Assembly (NCBI GenBank): GCA_964016885.1
Contig: OZ024757.1
Span: forward strand, 26,722,001-26,786,000
DNA length: 64,000 bases
Direction of reading: 5' to 3'
Source: Eledone cirrhosa
Lineage: Eukaryota
Position 1 is the first letter of the stretch. Every line of letters starts with the position of its first letter. This document shows, piece after piece, positions 48,565-62,814 of the stretch. The position numbers and the translations under genes are program-made. Below the pieces are notes generated by a model. That model did not search any database. It worked only from the letters and a program-made list of their open reading frames with translations, and was not told the origin of the DNA.

Positions 48565-50772
48565 GATGTGTGTGTTTGTATAATATAATATAATTGTTTC
48601 TATTTTTGGCACAAGGCCATAAAATTATCCCAGTGTATTACTGGTTCTTTATTTTATCGACCCCGTAAGGATGAAAGGCAAAGTTAACCTCGGCGGGATT
48701 TGAACTCAGAATGGTAAGGGCTATAACTCTATACATCAAAGCATAGTGTCCGACCCTCTACTGATACTGCAAATTCAATATAATATAATGTAATATAATA
48801 TAACACAATATAATACAATATGATATATATATTATCTATCAATCTGACCGATACTTGACCGAAAAGCTAAGAGTAAACTTAGTGATAAGGGTATGTCATT
48901 GTTTTCTTTCGGTCTTAGCTTATTTCTTTCTCTGCATTAACCACAAAAGATAGACACTTTCTTAAGAGACAGTCACAAATAGTTAACAAGGCCTGGATTT
49001 CTTTAAATAATTTTACAAGTCTCTATCTGTGCAGTAGTTCTTATTTACACATGTAAGTTTGTGTATATACGATTTAACCTTAATTATGTTTTGCATTCAT
49101 GTATGTATTCTATATTATATTTAAAAAGAAAATTAGAAATTAGTTTTTTGCTCTAATATAGTAGATACGTAAATGAATTTGTGAGTTTCATATCGAATAA
49201 TGATGATTTCTACTATGGGCACAAGGCCAGAAATTTGGGAGGAGGGGAAAGTTGCAACCCCAGTGCATTACTGGTACTTTATTTTATCGAGCCTGTAAGG
49301 ATGAAAGGCAAAGCTAACCGTGGTGGGATTTGAACTCAGAATGTAAAGGGTCATGACTTTATGCTACAAAGCATTTTGTCTGACGCTCTACCAATTCTGC
49401 CAATCCAGACTCAAAAGCCATACCGTACTGAGAGGCTGTTTGCTTCCAAATGAATCGAATATTATTATTATTTGATATAAAAGGGCAGTGGATTGGCAGT
49501 GTCGGTAGAGCATTGGATAATATGCTTTGTAGCATAGAGTTATGGCTCTTTACGCTCTGAGTTTAAATCCGGCTAAAGTTAGCTTTGCCTTTCATCCTTA
49601 CAGAGGTCGATAACATAAAGTACCAGTAATGCACTGGGGTTGATTAAATTGATTTCAGTGCATGCCTGACACTTCATTATATTGACCCCGTGAGGAAGAA
49701 AGGCAAAGTTAACTTCAGCGGGATTTGAACTCAGAACGTAAAGGGCAATAACTCTATGTCACAAAGCATGGTATCCAACGCTCTACCGATACTACCAAAT
49801 AATGGTTTCTTATATAGGCACAAGGCCAGCAATTTTGGAGGAGGGGAAAGTCGATCAAATCAACTCCAGAGCGTGACTGGTACTTTATTTTATCGACCCC
49901 GTAAAGATGAAAGGCAAAGTTAATCTCGGCGGGATTTGAACTCAGATCATAAAGGGCCATAACTCTATGCCTCAAAGCATGGCGTCCGACGCTCTACTGA
50001 TACTGCCAAATAATAATAATAATAATAATAATAATGAGAAGGAATGAAGAATCAACGTAGCATCATTATATTTATTTACATGTGACACAAGTTTCATGAT
50101 GGAACAGCTCGAGGTACGATTGATATTGATGAGCCTCGACTCTGGAACCGACAGCTCATCAAACTCGTGGTGCATTCAGCAATGAATGTTGATATGTGTG
50201 GACAGTATTAGACATTGCCAGTCCTTATTCAGTTGCGGTGTCATGTTAGTCATTGGATTGGTGTGTGGTGGTGGTGGGGGGGGGGGGGGGGGGGGGGCAG
50301 GAAGAGAAAAAAATGGGGGGAGGGGAGGGAGAGAAGCATGGCATATGCTGACGAGATGAATATTTTCTTTAACCCTTTAGCATTTACATTACTCTATATT
50401 TACTATTATATTTTCATGGTAAAGGCTTTACCTCACATAATATCAAATCTATGAAATTTTGGTCGGTGGATTGGCCGTATCGGTAGAGGGTCGGACCCCA
50501 TGCTTTGCAGTAAAGGGTTACGGCCCTTTATGGTCTGAGTTCAAATCCCGCCGAGGTTAACTTTGCCTTTCATCCTTACGGGGTCAATAAAATAAAGTAC
50601 CAGTAATGTAATGGTTAATTGCTGGCCTTGTGCCAAAAGTAGAAACAATTATTTATTTTGAGAACAATACCTTAACATCAGTATGAGCAGATGGTTACAG
50701 CCAGTTGAACCCTTTAGCATTTACACTACTCTATATTTACTATTATATTTTTATGTTAAAGGTTTTATCTCA

Positions 50773-51399
50773 CATGCTCCGATGGATGTGTAACAGTAAT
50801 ATACGTGAACGACAAAGCATAAATGAATTGAGAGAGAGACTGAGCATAAGAGGAATCAAATGCTGTGTGCAGGAGAGGCGGTTGCGCTGGTATGGACATG
50901 TGATGCGTATGAAGGATGACAGCTGCATAAAAAGGTGCAGAGCACTAGATGTTGATGGAAACCGCGGAGTGGGGAGACCCAAGATGACCTGGGATGAGGT
51001 GATAAAAGCCGACCTTACCCAATTACACCTCTCAAAGACAATGACACACGACCGTGACTTCTGGCGTCACGCAGTAATACAGAGTACCCGACCTCCCATG
51101 GGTACAAGCTGAAGCATATAGACAATACGCCCCCACCGCAAGGTGGTCGTGGAGGTGCCACGGCAAAAAAGCACCCAGCCCACACTGTAAAGTGGACGTG
51201 TAGGCGCCACGAAAAAGCACCCAGCACTCACTGTAAATGAGGTTGGTGTTAGGAAGGGCATCCAGCTGTAGAAATCAAGCCAGATCAGTTCCTGTATGAG
51301 CAAGGCATGGTCAGCCGACCAGACACTGCCCACAACAGGACAACCCGTCTAACCCATGCTAGTGTGGAAGAACGGACGTAAAACGGTGATGATGATGAT
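50773..51399 (+). mobile_element. 5'-truncated, nearly identical copy of the RTE LINE nested in a piggyBac-type MITE
   Basis: Translates MLRWMCNSNIRERQ...RPPMGTS, almost identical to the 1002-aa ORF end; (GAT)n tail; interrupts the MITE sequence TCTCACAT/AATATCGAATC. Confidence 0.92.
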
Positions 51400-52409
51400 A
51401 ATATCGAATCTATGAGATTTTGATATTATTTATTTTGAGAACAATACTTAAGTATGAGTGGCAGGTTACAGCCAATTTGAACACAAAGAGGGTAGAGAAT
51501 TCTGGCTGGATATGGCCAGTTGAACCCTTTAACGTTTACACTACTCCACATTTACTATTATATTTTTATGTTAAAGGTTTTATCTCACATAATATCGAAT
51601 CTATGAGATTTTGATGATGTTATCATCGGTAGAGGGTCGAACGCCATGCTTTGCAACATGGAGTTGCGGCACTTTATGATCTGTGTTCAAATCCTGCCGA
51701 GATTAACTTTGCCTTTCATCCTTACGGGGTCGATAAAATAATGTACCAGTCACGCACAGGGGTCGATTTAATTGACTTTCCCCTCCCCCAAAATTGCTGG
51801 CCTTGTGCCTATATAAGAAACCTTTATTTATTTCGAGAACAATACTTCAACATAAGTATGAGCAGCTGGTTACAGCCGGTTTGAAAGAGCTGAGAGAATT
51901 CTGGCCGGATATGAGCCGGTTTAAGTGCTAAAGGGTTAAAGATGTGGCACAGGTCACAGTATTCCTTGATCAGTTTCTGTTGGTAGGTCAGTGTCGCTAT
52001 CTGCAAGATTACTGCTATACATGGAAATGAGGAAATGGGTCAACATTTTTGTCTGGCCTCAGCGATTTCTGGTCTGTATATTCTCTGGTATTAAGATTTC
52101 AATTAAGATTCCACAGTATTTTTGGCCCTGACGCATATATATTATACTTACATAGACATGTGTGTGTATGTAGCCTGCCACATGCACATATACAGCAAAT
52201 GCAGATACATAGGCATACATGCACACATATATATGTATATATATATAATATGCATTTATATACAATATACATATACATACATAATACACACATATATAAA
52301 CACACACATATATATATATATTATATATACATGTATGTATACAAACATATATATATACAATCACACACACACACACACACACACACATGCACATGCACAC
52401 ACATGCACG

Positions 52410-53010
52410 CAGGGTAGCGCATAAGTTCAAAGGCAAATTTTTTTAAATTTGATTTCTAAAAGTGTTGTAATTATATCATTAATCTTCTTTTATTTTCATG
52501 TCAAAATATTAGTCTATGTAAACATATTGGACTTTGAATTTCTTAAAGAATTTGAACATGTCATCCAATAGAGAAATGACACTCAAACTTCATTGTGTAG
52601 GGAGGTCAGATTTAGATAATGCAAAGTTACTTTCGTTTGCAAGATCTACTGTCTGGAAAACTGTGACGCATTTTAACCCTTTAGTATTTACATTACTCTA
52701 TATTTACTATTGTATTTTCACAGTAAACACTTTACCTCACATAATATTCAATCTATGAGATATTGATATTATTTATTTTGAGAATACCTTAACATAAGTA
52801 TGAGCAGCCGGTTATGACTGGTTTGAAGAGAAAGATGTGAGAGAATTCTGGCCAGATATGGCCGGTTTAAATGCTAAAGGGTTCAAGAGCAAGATTTGTC
52901 TGATAGACCCAGAAATGGAAGACCACAAACCAAGCGGATTCCTACTCTCATTAAAGCTATTTGAGAAAGGATAAGAATAAATCTGAAAAGGTCCATGAGA
53001 AAAATGGCAA
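52410..53010 (+). mobile_element. Decayed Tc1/mariner transposon 5' part, split by a piggyBac-type MITE
   Basis: CAGGGT terminus, then transposase HTH remnants ...AKLLSFARSTVWKTVTHF [MITE 52673-52885] QEQDLSDRPRNGRP...IKAI*ERIRINLKRSMRKMAKE. Confidence 0.75.
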
Positions 53011-56000
53011 AAGAGGTCCGACTAAGCCCTAGGACAGTACAGGTCACTCTCCGACAGGTTTGCGGTCATGCCCTTGGCAGTGGAGACTTCTGGTGTCCTT
53101 GGCCTTAGGGCTACCTCCCTACTCACCACCATATATACCTTCCTGCCAGATGATTGAACGTCTGAAAGTATATACTTTCTTTATGCATATTAACGGCTGA
53201 GCAGCCTAATTTGCATGCATAAAGAAAGTATATACTTTCAGACGTTCAATCATCTGGCAGGAAGGTATACGTTGCTGACGATAGCTAATAAGCTTGAAAC
53301 TAGAACACCGTTCCTTTGTCAGTGTTGAACAAATGAGCAACGATGGTTGCTAGACACTGTATGGCTTAATACGGGATGTTTGTTTACAAACACACCGAGC
53401 ATTATAATAAATGTTCGGTGAATCCATACGTACATATATATATGTGTGCATGTATGTATATATATATATATACATACTACTGTACGTCTGTATATATATA
53501 TATGTATGTACGTATACATACTTATATATATATATATACACGTACATATATATCATCATCATTTTACGTCCGCTTTTCTCTGCTTGCAAGGGTGGGACGG
53601 GAACTGATACTGGCTTGATTACTACAGCTGGATGCCCTTCCTAACACCAACCTCATTTACAGTGAGTAAAAGCTGGGTGCTTTTTTGCCATGGCACCTCC
53701 ACGACCAGTTTGCAGTGGAATGATAGGACCCCAGTCCCTATGATCTCATTTCTACAGCTGAGTAAACTGGAACAATGTGAAATAAAGTCTCTTGCTCAAG
53801 GAAACAACACATCACCCGGTCCGAGAATTGATATTAGTGTTAACAATCTCTGCTTTTTTTTTCTTTCTGTTTTTAGATTTTCAGTTGCAGAACTATCTAC
53901 AGTCAGCTCTGTAAACCAATGTAAACCAAAGCATTAAGTAAATACAAATTGCTCTCACATATTTACTGAATAAGTAACTTAATAGTTTTTTTTTTGTTTT
54001 TTTTTTTATATATATCGTCTCTCCTCACTCTTCTGCTAATGTGCGTGTTGGATGCATGGCCGGTTACTACATTTTTCCAACCTTTGTCGCTCCAGACACA
54101 CACACAAATACTAGTTTCTTACATAGAACACAAAATCTGAGAACAAACAGAGATAACAACAGCAGTTCCCCTATTTTCTAATTGTTTTGTATAGAAAAGC
54201 AGGCATACCAGATTAAACCCATTTAAAACCCTACGCACTTAAAATATAATTCCCCCCCCCCCCCCCCCCCCCATTCACCCACCTATATATAAAGTCTGCA
54301 AAAGAAACAAAATGATAATAATAATTATAATTTCTACTTTTGGCACAAGGCCAGCAATTATACCAGCGTATTACTGGTACTATATTTTATCGACCCCGTA
54401 AGAATGAAAGGTAATGTTATGATAATAATAATAAAGCGTCAAATTATTTTTTTTCCAGCATGTGGCACTCGACACGTTTGGGGGGATCCGTGCCGCTGAC
54501 AACAAAGTTTTTTTCATCGTTGGTAGCTTGCTTTACCCAAGTTATCTAGTGATACTCTTAATGAGGGTGCTTGGTTATTGAAGCGCCTTAGCTACGCTAT
54601 CATCAGTGCCAATTCTGCGAGTGCGTAGGCTTGCCACAAAAATTACGAGGGAAGCTACAGCACCCCTTCTGCGTGATTGAGTGTGTGGATCGTCTCCCAC
54701 CAGGGCAGGGTTTAATAAGGGGCAAAGGGAACAATTGCCCCAAGCTGGGATTTTTAGTTTTAGGATGGTTAGGATTTTTGAATTTAACACCTGTCTGTAT
54801 AACTTTTCAATACCAATTACTTACACCAAGCTAACTTTGATATGTAAAATTGTGGGGGTGGGGTGCTGTGTATTCTAATATCTTTTTTGTATGAGGGGCC
54901 CCGCCAAGATCTAAATCCGAACCTCACCACCCCCTTTTTTTAGTACTGCAGTCTTATTCATTATATAAATTTACAAAGGAAAGTAATAAATGTTTCTACT
55001 TTGGGCACAAGACCAGCAATTTAAAGGGAAAGGAGGCGAAGTCGATTAAATCGACCCAGTGCGTTACTGGTACTTTATTTTATCGACCCCCTAAGGATGA
55101 AAGGCAGAGCTAACATAGGCGGCATCTGAACGCAGTAAGGTAAGTAATAATTGTTTCTACTTTTTGGCACAAGGCCAGCAATTACCCAGTGAATTACTGG
55201 TACTTTATTTGATCGACCCCGTAAGGATGAAAGGCAAAGTTAACCTCGGCGGGATTTGAACTTGGAATGGCAAGGGCCGTAACTCTATGCGTCAAAGCAT
55301 GGCGTCCGACCCTCTACCGATACTGCCAATCCTAGAATTAGTTTGAATGAAATGGGACCCCTTTTCCTATAATGCCCTAAGCATATGTTTGTTTTGCTTG
55401 ATGGTTAATCTAGCTCTGAGAGTGAGGCGCAGATTTAAGACGTGTAGTGTAGCTTTACGGTAGATAATTTTGTTTGTGTGTGTGTGTAAATGTAGATATC
55501 AGCAACCTTTACTATCGCTACCCAATGATACAAGCCAGGAGACAATGTGAAGGAATGTTCTTTGATGTGCAGAAAAAAACCCCAGACGCAATTCACCTCT
55601 GGTCCCAGCGGAGATAGTGGAAAAAGAGTAAACCCGGTGAAAGGTTGAAACCATTCTAACATACGCGATATATGATTTTTATAGTCCCTAAATTCTTATT
55701 AAGACGTTCTTTCGAGTAAGTTGCTACGAAAAAAAGTGGAGTGTTGTCTAGCCTTTTGCTTGTACTGGGAACATTAGCGAAATATGTGAAGTGGATTCAA
55801 GTGAAATTTGAAACCGAATTCACTGGCGTGTGTGTTGTCAGGAGTTTGTTTACTTAGACAGGAGTTTGTTTCACTTAGACACAAAGGCACCCACCGCCTA
55901 TGTATGTCAACGAAGAAGATGGAGTGATAACATTGCTTATTCTTACGAGAGAGAGAGGGGAGGCAGTCCTGACAATAGGAAAAATAGGGTTAAATTTGGA

Positions 56001-56472
56001 GGGGAGAGTTTCCTTTCCCCCTCCCCACAAACCCACTGTCACGTCCGCCACGACCTAAATAAACACCATACAACTTGGAAAATGATGATGCTTCAGTTTT
56101 TGAAAACACAGCGACCTTTCGGTCATGGCCAAATTAATAACAAACATCTGAATCTTCATAAGGAAGGGGTGGGGGCACACACGCACAAACATAGGAAAGT
56201 TTAAAACTTGCAAAGGGCAGTGGAAGCATTTCTGAATTGGAGTGGGGGAGCAAATTTGTTCCACCGTCCATGTAAAGGGAATGTATTTTTGTTATTTTTT
56301 TCACATATAGCTTTTAATACATCACTTTCCACTCTTTTAGCTATTTAGACTTAAAGACAGACAGTGAAAAAATAGAAATATGGACTAGATCGTAAATGAC
56401 ATTCAGGAGAAGCGATGAAGCAGAGGATAAAAGATAATTTGAAGAAATAATTGTAAAAATGTAATATCAAAC

Positions 56473-56602
56473 CATGGTAATGTGTAGCAGTTCGGCTTCC
56501 AGGAGTGAACATCAATGTCTTAAACCGATTGCCAACGAAAGGGTTGGTGTGTCGTAGGCAACAGGGAATCTGAAGGAATCGGCAATACAACGCTGAAGAC
56601 AT
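56473..56602 (-). CDS. Probable first coding exon of the FAM162-like gene (mitochondrial presequence-like MSSALYCRFLQIPCCLRHTNPFVGNRFKTLMFTPGSRTATHYH)
   Basis: ATG in unique CpG-containing sequence; basic peptide with no acidic residues; phase-1 G|GTTTGA donor compatible with the phase-1 exon at 47072. The donor is weak and intervening exons are uncertain. Confidence 0.4.
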
Positions 56603-57069
56603 TGTAATTTCGTGTGTTTGCTGTCAATAACAAGCAGGCGGTGTCTGGTGAAACACACGTACGCCGGCAATAGTTGTTCCGTATTGCTATAGCCTATTTC
56701 CCTCCTCTCTCTCTATATATAAATAAACAAGATGAAGCAACTGTGCGGTGCAGTAAGAAGTCTGTCCCTTCCTCCACCTCTGCACGTTTTTTTTTTAAGT
56801 ATTCGTTCTTGACATAGAATAATACAACCACCAACCTGTAATTGAAATTTAACATTTTTCAATTCGAATCTCGGTTTCCACTAATAACTGTCACATTTTG
56901 CCGGAGTGACACAGTCAGAATTCATCGTGACATTTTGTAAGTGATGATGAAATAAGCTTTTATATTTAATTCCTTTTTCTCCCAATCCAAACCAATTCAT
57001 TCTTTCATTCACTTGATTCATTCAGCGCTTAAATAGTACTACTTATATAAAAAGTATAATATACATACG

Positions 57070-57118
<49 letters not shown>

Positions 57119-57262
57119 GACACACACTTTTACACAATCTACCTAAATTATACATTTATATTAACTCTTATTACAGGAAAATGATAGCAATAATTACGAA
57201 CGATATTTCGGTATATATATATATATAATAAATCTATATATACAGTAAATCTATCTATACAG

Positions 57263-57309
<47 letters not shown>

Positions 57310-57994
57310 GGGTGTCTCCAAAAATGTATACACACTTCAACAGCATTCTAATAAAAGTGTGTATACATTTTTTGGGGACACCATGTATATAGTGGGTAGA
57401 TGGATGGAAATCATTTCACTTTACTAGTGTTGCTGATCTCGAGGGACGTATGAACATCACAGCATCCGAGAGAACATTTATATTGGACACTTGACCTGTT
57501 AGAAAGAGCAGCCAAATATCTCACTAATCCCATCTTACCATCTAAAAAAATACACACACACACACCCAGAAGGACAGATTAGACACTGTAGCCCTATATA
57601 CACTTAAAACGAAGAGATCGTCACGGCTGGAATGCCTTTGATAATATGTCAGTTCGTGTGATCTAAACAGCATCTCTAAATTTTCCTTCTCGTCTATAAA
57701 TCTCGGTCATGTTTAAATAGGAAGTAATTACTATAAATAATGAGTATAACGAAAGTACGATAATAATAATAATTATTTTTATTATATTTCTATTGTCAGT
57801 TAATCCCTATTGAAATGCTTCAGGATCAAATGGGGGAGAATATATTAATTCTACCCCTCCCCCCACATTGTTGTATAATCACCAGCTTATGTAAGAAAAC
57901 CTTTAGCTTCTGTCTGTGTGTGTATGTATATATTTATGCATGTGTATATACATATATGGATATACATTTTTAGGGGACACCCTGTATGTGTATA

Positions 57995-58043
<49 letters not shown>

Positions 58044-58742
58044 CGAAGGAAATGTGGTAAGGAACCAGGTGGACCATAACGCACCAAAGTACTCAATACT
58101 TAGGGTAGTAGAGTATATATAGAGAATATATATACATGGTGTGTCCCCCAAAATGTATACACACTTCAACAGCATTCTATTAAATATTGCCTGTACAGGT
58201 AATCAAAGTGTGTATACATTTTTTGGGAACACCCCATGTAAAGATATATATATATATACATACATGGTGTTCCCCAAAAATGTATACACACTTCAACAGT
58301 ATTCTAATAAATATTGCTTGTACAGGTAATCAAAGTGTGTATACATTTTTTAGGAACACCCCGTGTGTGTTATATATATCGTGGCCATCACAACATATTT
58401 GTATAAGGACTACACTCTCACTGCCCAGTGTAACCCTTTATTTATTTATTCGTTAATTTGTGATATAAGGGAGAGCTGGCCGATTTTTCTAGCAAATCCA
58501 GAACGACCATATATATAGGATGTCCCCCAAAAATGTATACACACTTCAAGAGCATTTTAATACGTGTATACATTTCTGGGGGGACATCCTGTATATGTGT
58601 GTGTGTGTACTCGTATTAGCGCCTGAAGAAAGGTTACTATTTTTATACCTCTTGTTTTCTGGAGGTATGGTCAAATTTGGGACCTTAAGGTAGTGCCTTC
58701 GTTCGGTGTATGAACATAAATAAATAATATATATATATAATG

Positions 58743-58920
58743 TTTAATATAGAAAAGACTTCTACAGGACTAGAACTGTTTCATTCGAAGGAAATCATCA
58801 GGGCTTTACTTATGATTTCCTTCGAATGAAACAGTTCTAGTCCTGTAGAAGCCTTTTCTATATTAAATATATGTATTGAGTACCTTACTTACTGTAGTTA
58901 CACCCGGATTGAACCCGACA
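58743..58920. mobile_element. Fold-back Penelope-like terminal repeat element, family B
   Basis: Inverted arms around CATCAGGGCTTT, followed by a GTATTGAGTACCTTACTTACTG tail. Other copies at 11498-11670, 19985-20270 and 33240-33290, all in (TA)n. Confidence 0.6.
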
Positions 58921-59095
58921 CATACTCTCTGACACACACACGCACACATATTGTTATATATATATATATATTGCCAGATAAATTAACTATGGAGATATAA
59001 AAAACACAAGCGAAAACCAACCCAAATCAAATAGTGTGTTCTATTATTATTTTTGGCACAATATTATAACAATATGACCCTCCCCAAATATAATA

Positions 59096-59237
<142 letters not shown>

Positions 59238-60591
59238 ATAAAATCGAACTGTTTATATAAACACATTGTGTTGATCGGTCTTTTCATTCATTTATACATA
59301 CACATGTATGTATGCATGTATGTGCGTATGTATGAGTTTGTATATGCGCGCGTGCGTGCGTGTCTCTGTTTATATATTATGTTCTGGAAGCGAAGAAAAA
59401 AAAGAACATAATTCAAATTTAAAAAAAAAATTAAATCTGATTATTTTCTCACGGAATATTGTATCTCGGAAGAATTATTTGTATGGTAAGTTCCAAGCAA
59501 ACTGGAAGTGTTTAATATTTAGATAAGCTGGATCGAACCTCTTGAGATCGAAGGTAACCGTTGAATATCTGTTTTATTGTTGTTTAGCCCCGAGTCAGCC
59601 CCAATCTAGCAGACTTATATGATCAAATACGTTCCAAAAGTGATTGTCCAACCTTCAAATTCAGGACCACACACATCCTTTTATTATGGTTGTTATTGTT
59701 GGTCATGTTGTTTCGAATAGGCTATGTAACCGGTAAACCCTAAAAGGACGAAACACACATCGCTATAGTGTTTCACCAGCCCTTTCCTTCCTCAATCATT
59801 CATAGATGTGTATGTGTGTGAATATGTGTGAGTTTGCACTTCTGTTTGAATTTGTTTATGTATTTACGTGTAGATGTGTGTGTGTAGGTAACTAAAGCGT
59901 AACGTACGAATGGACGACTAAATGATTTTAACTTGTTTTTTAACAATTGATGGTGGAAAAAGATTTCAAATTGCCTTAACTTAGACCGTAAAAGGCCGCG
60001 CAATTCATGGTGTCTGACACTCTTACCGGCTACAAAGCCTGGGAGTCTATTTTACCTAGACCGGCTACATAGACTCTTCCATGTTGTTTAGCTCCCGGCC
60101 AGTCCTGTTTGAGCTATCCTATGAAGAATGGCTTTCCAGCCATCACCGTCCTGTTATTAGAAGTACCTAGCACTGGCTCTTCCATTGCGTCTCCTTCACT
60201 ATCCCCCGGGGAAACGCCTTCTCTATTCTGTCCGCATGGGCGTGGGTCCCCCCATTTGCTTATAATAGCGAGAGAGACGGAGGCAGTGACAATGAGAATT
60301 TGATTCCATTATGTTCAGACCTAATATATATATATACAATATATTAATAAATGGAAACTATATTTATAAAACCATATTTATTTTATTATACATATTTCAA
60401 GGGCAACCAAGGTAAATTATGGTGCGCTTTCATCAGATGAAATACAGATTTGGTTTATAAATAAATATTGACATAGTCGGAAAAAAAGACAACCTTAACG
60501 GTGGGAGCTTCCTGGATAGTCCAGGAAGCTCCAACCGTTAAGGTTGTCTTTTTTTCCGACTATGTCAATATTTATTTATAAACCAAATCTG

Positions 60592-60657
60592 TATTTCATC
60601 TGATGAAAGCGCACCATAATTTACCTTGGTTGCCCTTGAAATATGTATAATAAAATA
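60592..60657 (+). ncRNA. Hammerhead ribozyme candidate in a fold-back element, same family as 250-315
   Basis: CTGATGA 60600-60606; stem II AAG.GCA.CCA/TGG.TGC.CTT; GAAA 60638-60641; ATATGTAT-A; stem I TATTTCAT/ATAAAATA with one mismatch. Confidence 0.55.
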
Positions 60658-60781
60658 AATAGTTTCCATTTATTAATATATTGTGTATTTACTCCACTAA
60701 CGTGTTGAGTGCTTTATATCAGTTATAAAATTTTTAAGCTTGTTGAATCCCAACAAATTAAATACAACCTCTGTATGTATG

Positions 60782-60848
<67 letters not shown>

Positions 60849-61568
60849 TTATTAACTACACTACATTTAATACCTTATGCACCACATAGCATTATATTAT
60901 CTAAAGGACTTTGAGTTCAAATATTGCCGAGGTTAGCTTTGCCATTCAACCTGACGGGGTTGATAAAATAAAGTACCAGTAATGCACTGGTACATCCCCA
61001 CCCCTTTAAATTGCTGGCCTTGTATCTAAAATAGAAACAATTATCTAAAGGGCTTTGCCCTGTTTGAGATTGATATGGCTGCTATTTCTAGCAGATCGAA
61101 TGACCATGTCGAGCCCCATCCCATCCCATACACACACATTTTCCCGTTGTCTCGTTTTATTATAGTTACAGTTAATGGCGATTTCCACCAGTGAATGGGG
61201 AAAGAGGACGGTTCCCTCAAAGTGGAGACCTAACCTGAATGCTTTCAACAGGGTGAATTCCGTTAAAGTCACCCACGTCTAAACTAGGGCAACGAATTAG
61301 TCATTTCCTCCACCCTCTCCCCCTTTTCTATATCTATATCTATCTATCTTTTCCGCTGCTTCATTTCCACCATCCATCGCTACCCAAGTCAAGTCCTACA
61401 TCACCTTCATTATCACCATCATCATCGTCTGGTCTAGTTTGCGGTCATTTCTAGATACAGCTATACAGCATGTTGAAGTTAACTCTATTTCTGTATAGAA
61501 TTATTGATGAGCATTTGTGCGTGTGTATAGATATCGATATGTGTGTGTGGATGTATATGGATATGTGT

Positions 61569-61599
<31 letters not shown>

Positions 61600-62779
61600 T
61601 TTGTATAGATATGTGTATGTGTATAAATTTATATATATAAATGCATGATATACATATATATAGTAAATGAGTGAAGAATAACCTCTACTTGGATTACCTT
61701 AAACGATATCTTGTTAACTTATATATACATATATATATATATGTGTGTGTGTGTTTTAAGTTATTGTTTCACATTATAAAACCCTTGGTAAACACCCACA
61801 AAATTATTAACCATCTTGCCAACAACTGGAGCCTAAGGGTGGTGGGGGAGTGGTACAGATGATATAATAGTATATTAAATACCAAATGATACATATAAAA
61901 AAATTACAATATTTATACATAGTATATATATTATATTATTTATTATATATAAATTAACGATTTTATTTATTATATATTATTTACAATTTGCGTGTAGATA
62001 GGTCTCGCTGGAAATAGGGTCGGGGCGCTGAGGGTATTAGGTGGCCCCAAAAGTTTGAGAACCTCTGGCTTAAGGCATTCAAAGGACTTAAATCGGCACG
62101 GCCCACAACCCCTCTTGCGGCGCAATCTAGCAGGTTGAGAGAGAGAGAGAATCCCACCGCACTCATAGGACTTGGCTAGTACTGTATCGTCCCTGGAAGA
62201 AGGAAAGGCAAAGTTAACCTCGGTTAGATTTGAACTCAGAGCGTGGACAGCCTGAACAGATTCTGCCAGGCATTCTCTTTCCGGTCCTCTAACTTACTCT
62301 TTACATGACAATAGAGTGGTAGGAGACCCAGGGGTCGACCCCGAGCAAGATGTTTGGGTAGCATCCATGAGCTTGGGTAACATCACGCTTGGAGATCCAG
62401 TAAGATCTAGTGGAGACGGTTGCTTCTAACAGGACCAACTCGAAGGAGTCTTTGAGGACGGCCCCCTCAAGTGGGTGAAGCATAAGAAGAGGATTGAAAG
62501 GCAGAGTTGACCTAGCCGAAATTTGAAGTGGGCGAAGAAGAGTGTGATTAGAGGAAGATTTGGCTGCTATTTCTAGCAATTCGAGCGATCACTTAGAGAG
62601 AGGCTCTCTCTCGTCCTTCCTCTCTCTTTACTCTGTATGTAATGTATGCATGCATATGAAATGTACACGTTTCATGTGTTTCTTATTTAGCCTCTGGTCG
62701 TCTCTGATGGAGTAGATCTAAGATAAAAAAAGACGTTCCACTTCTAACCATCTCGTCTTTTTTATATATCCACATCTAC

Positions 62780-62814
<35 letters not shown>

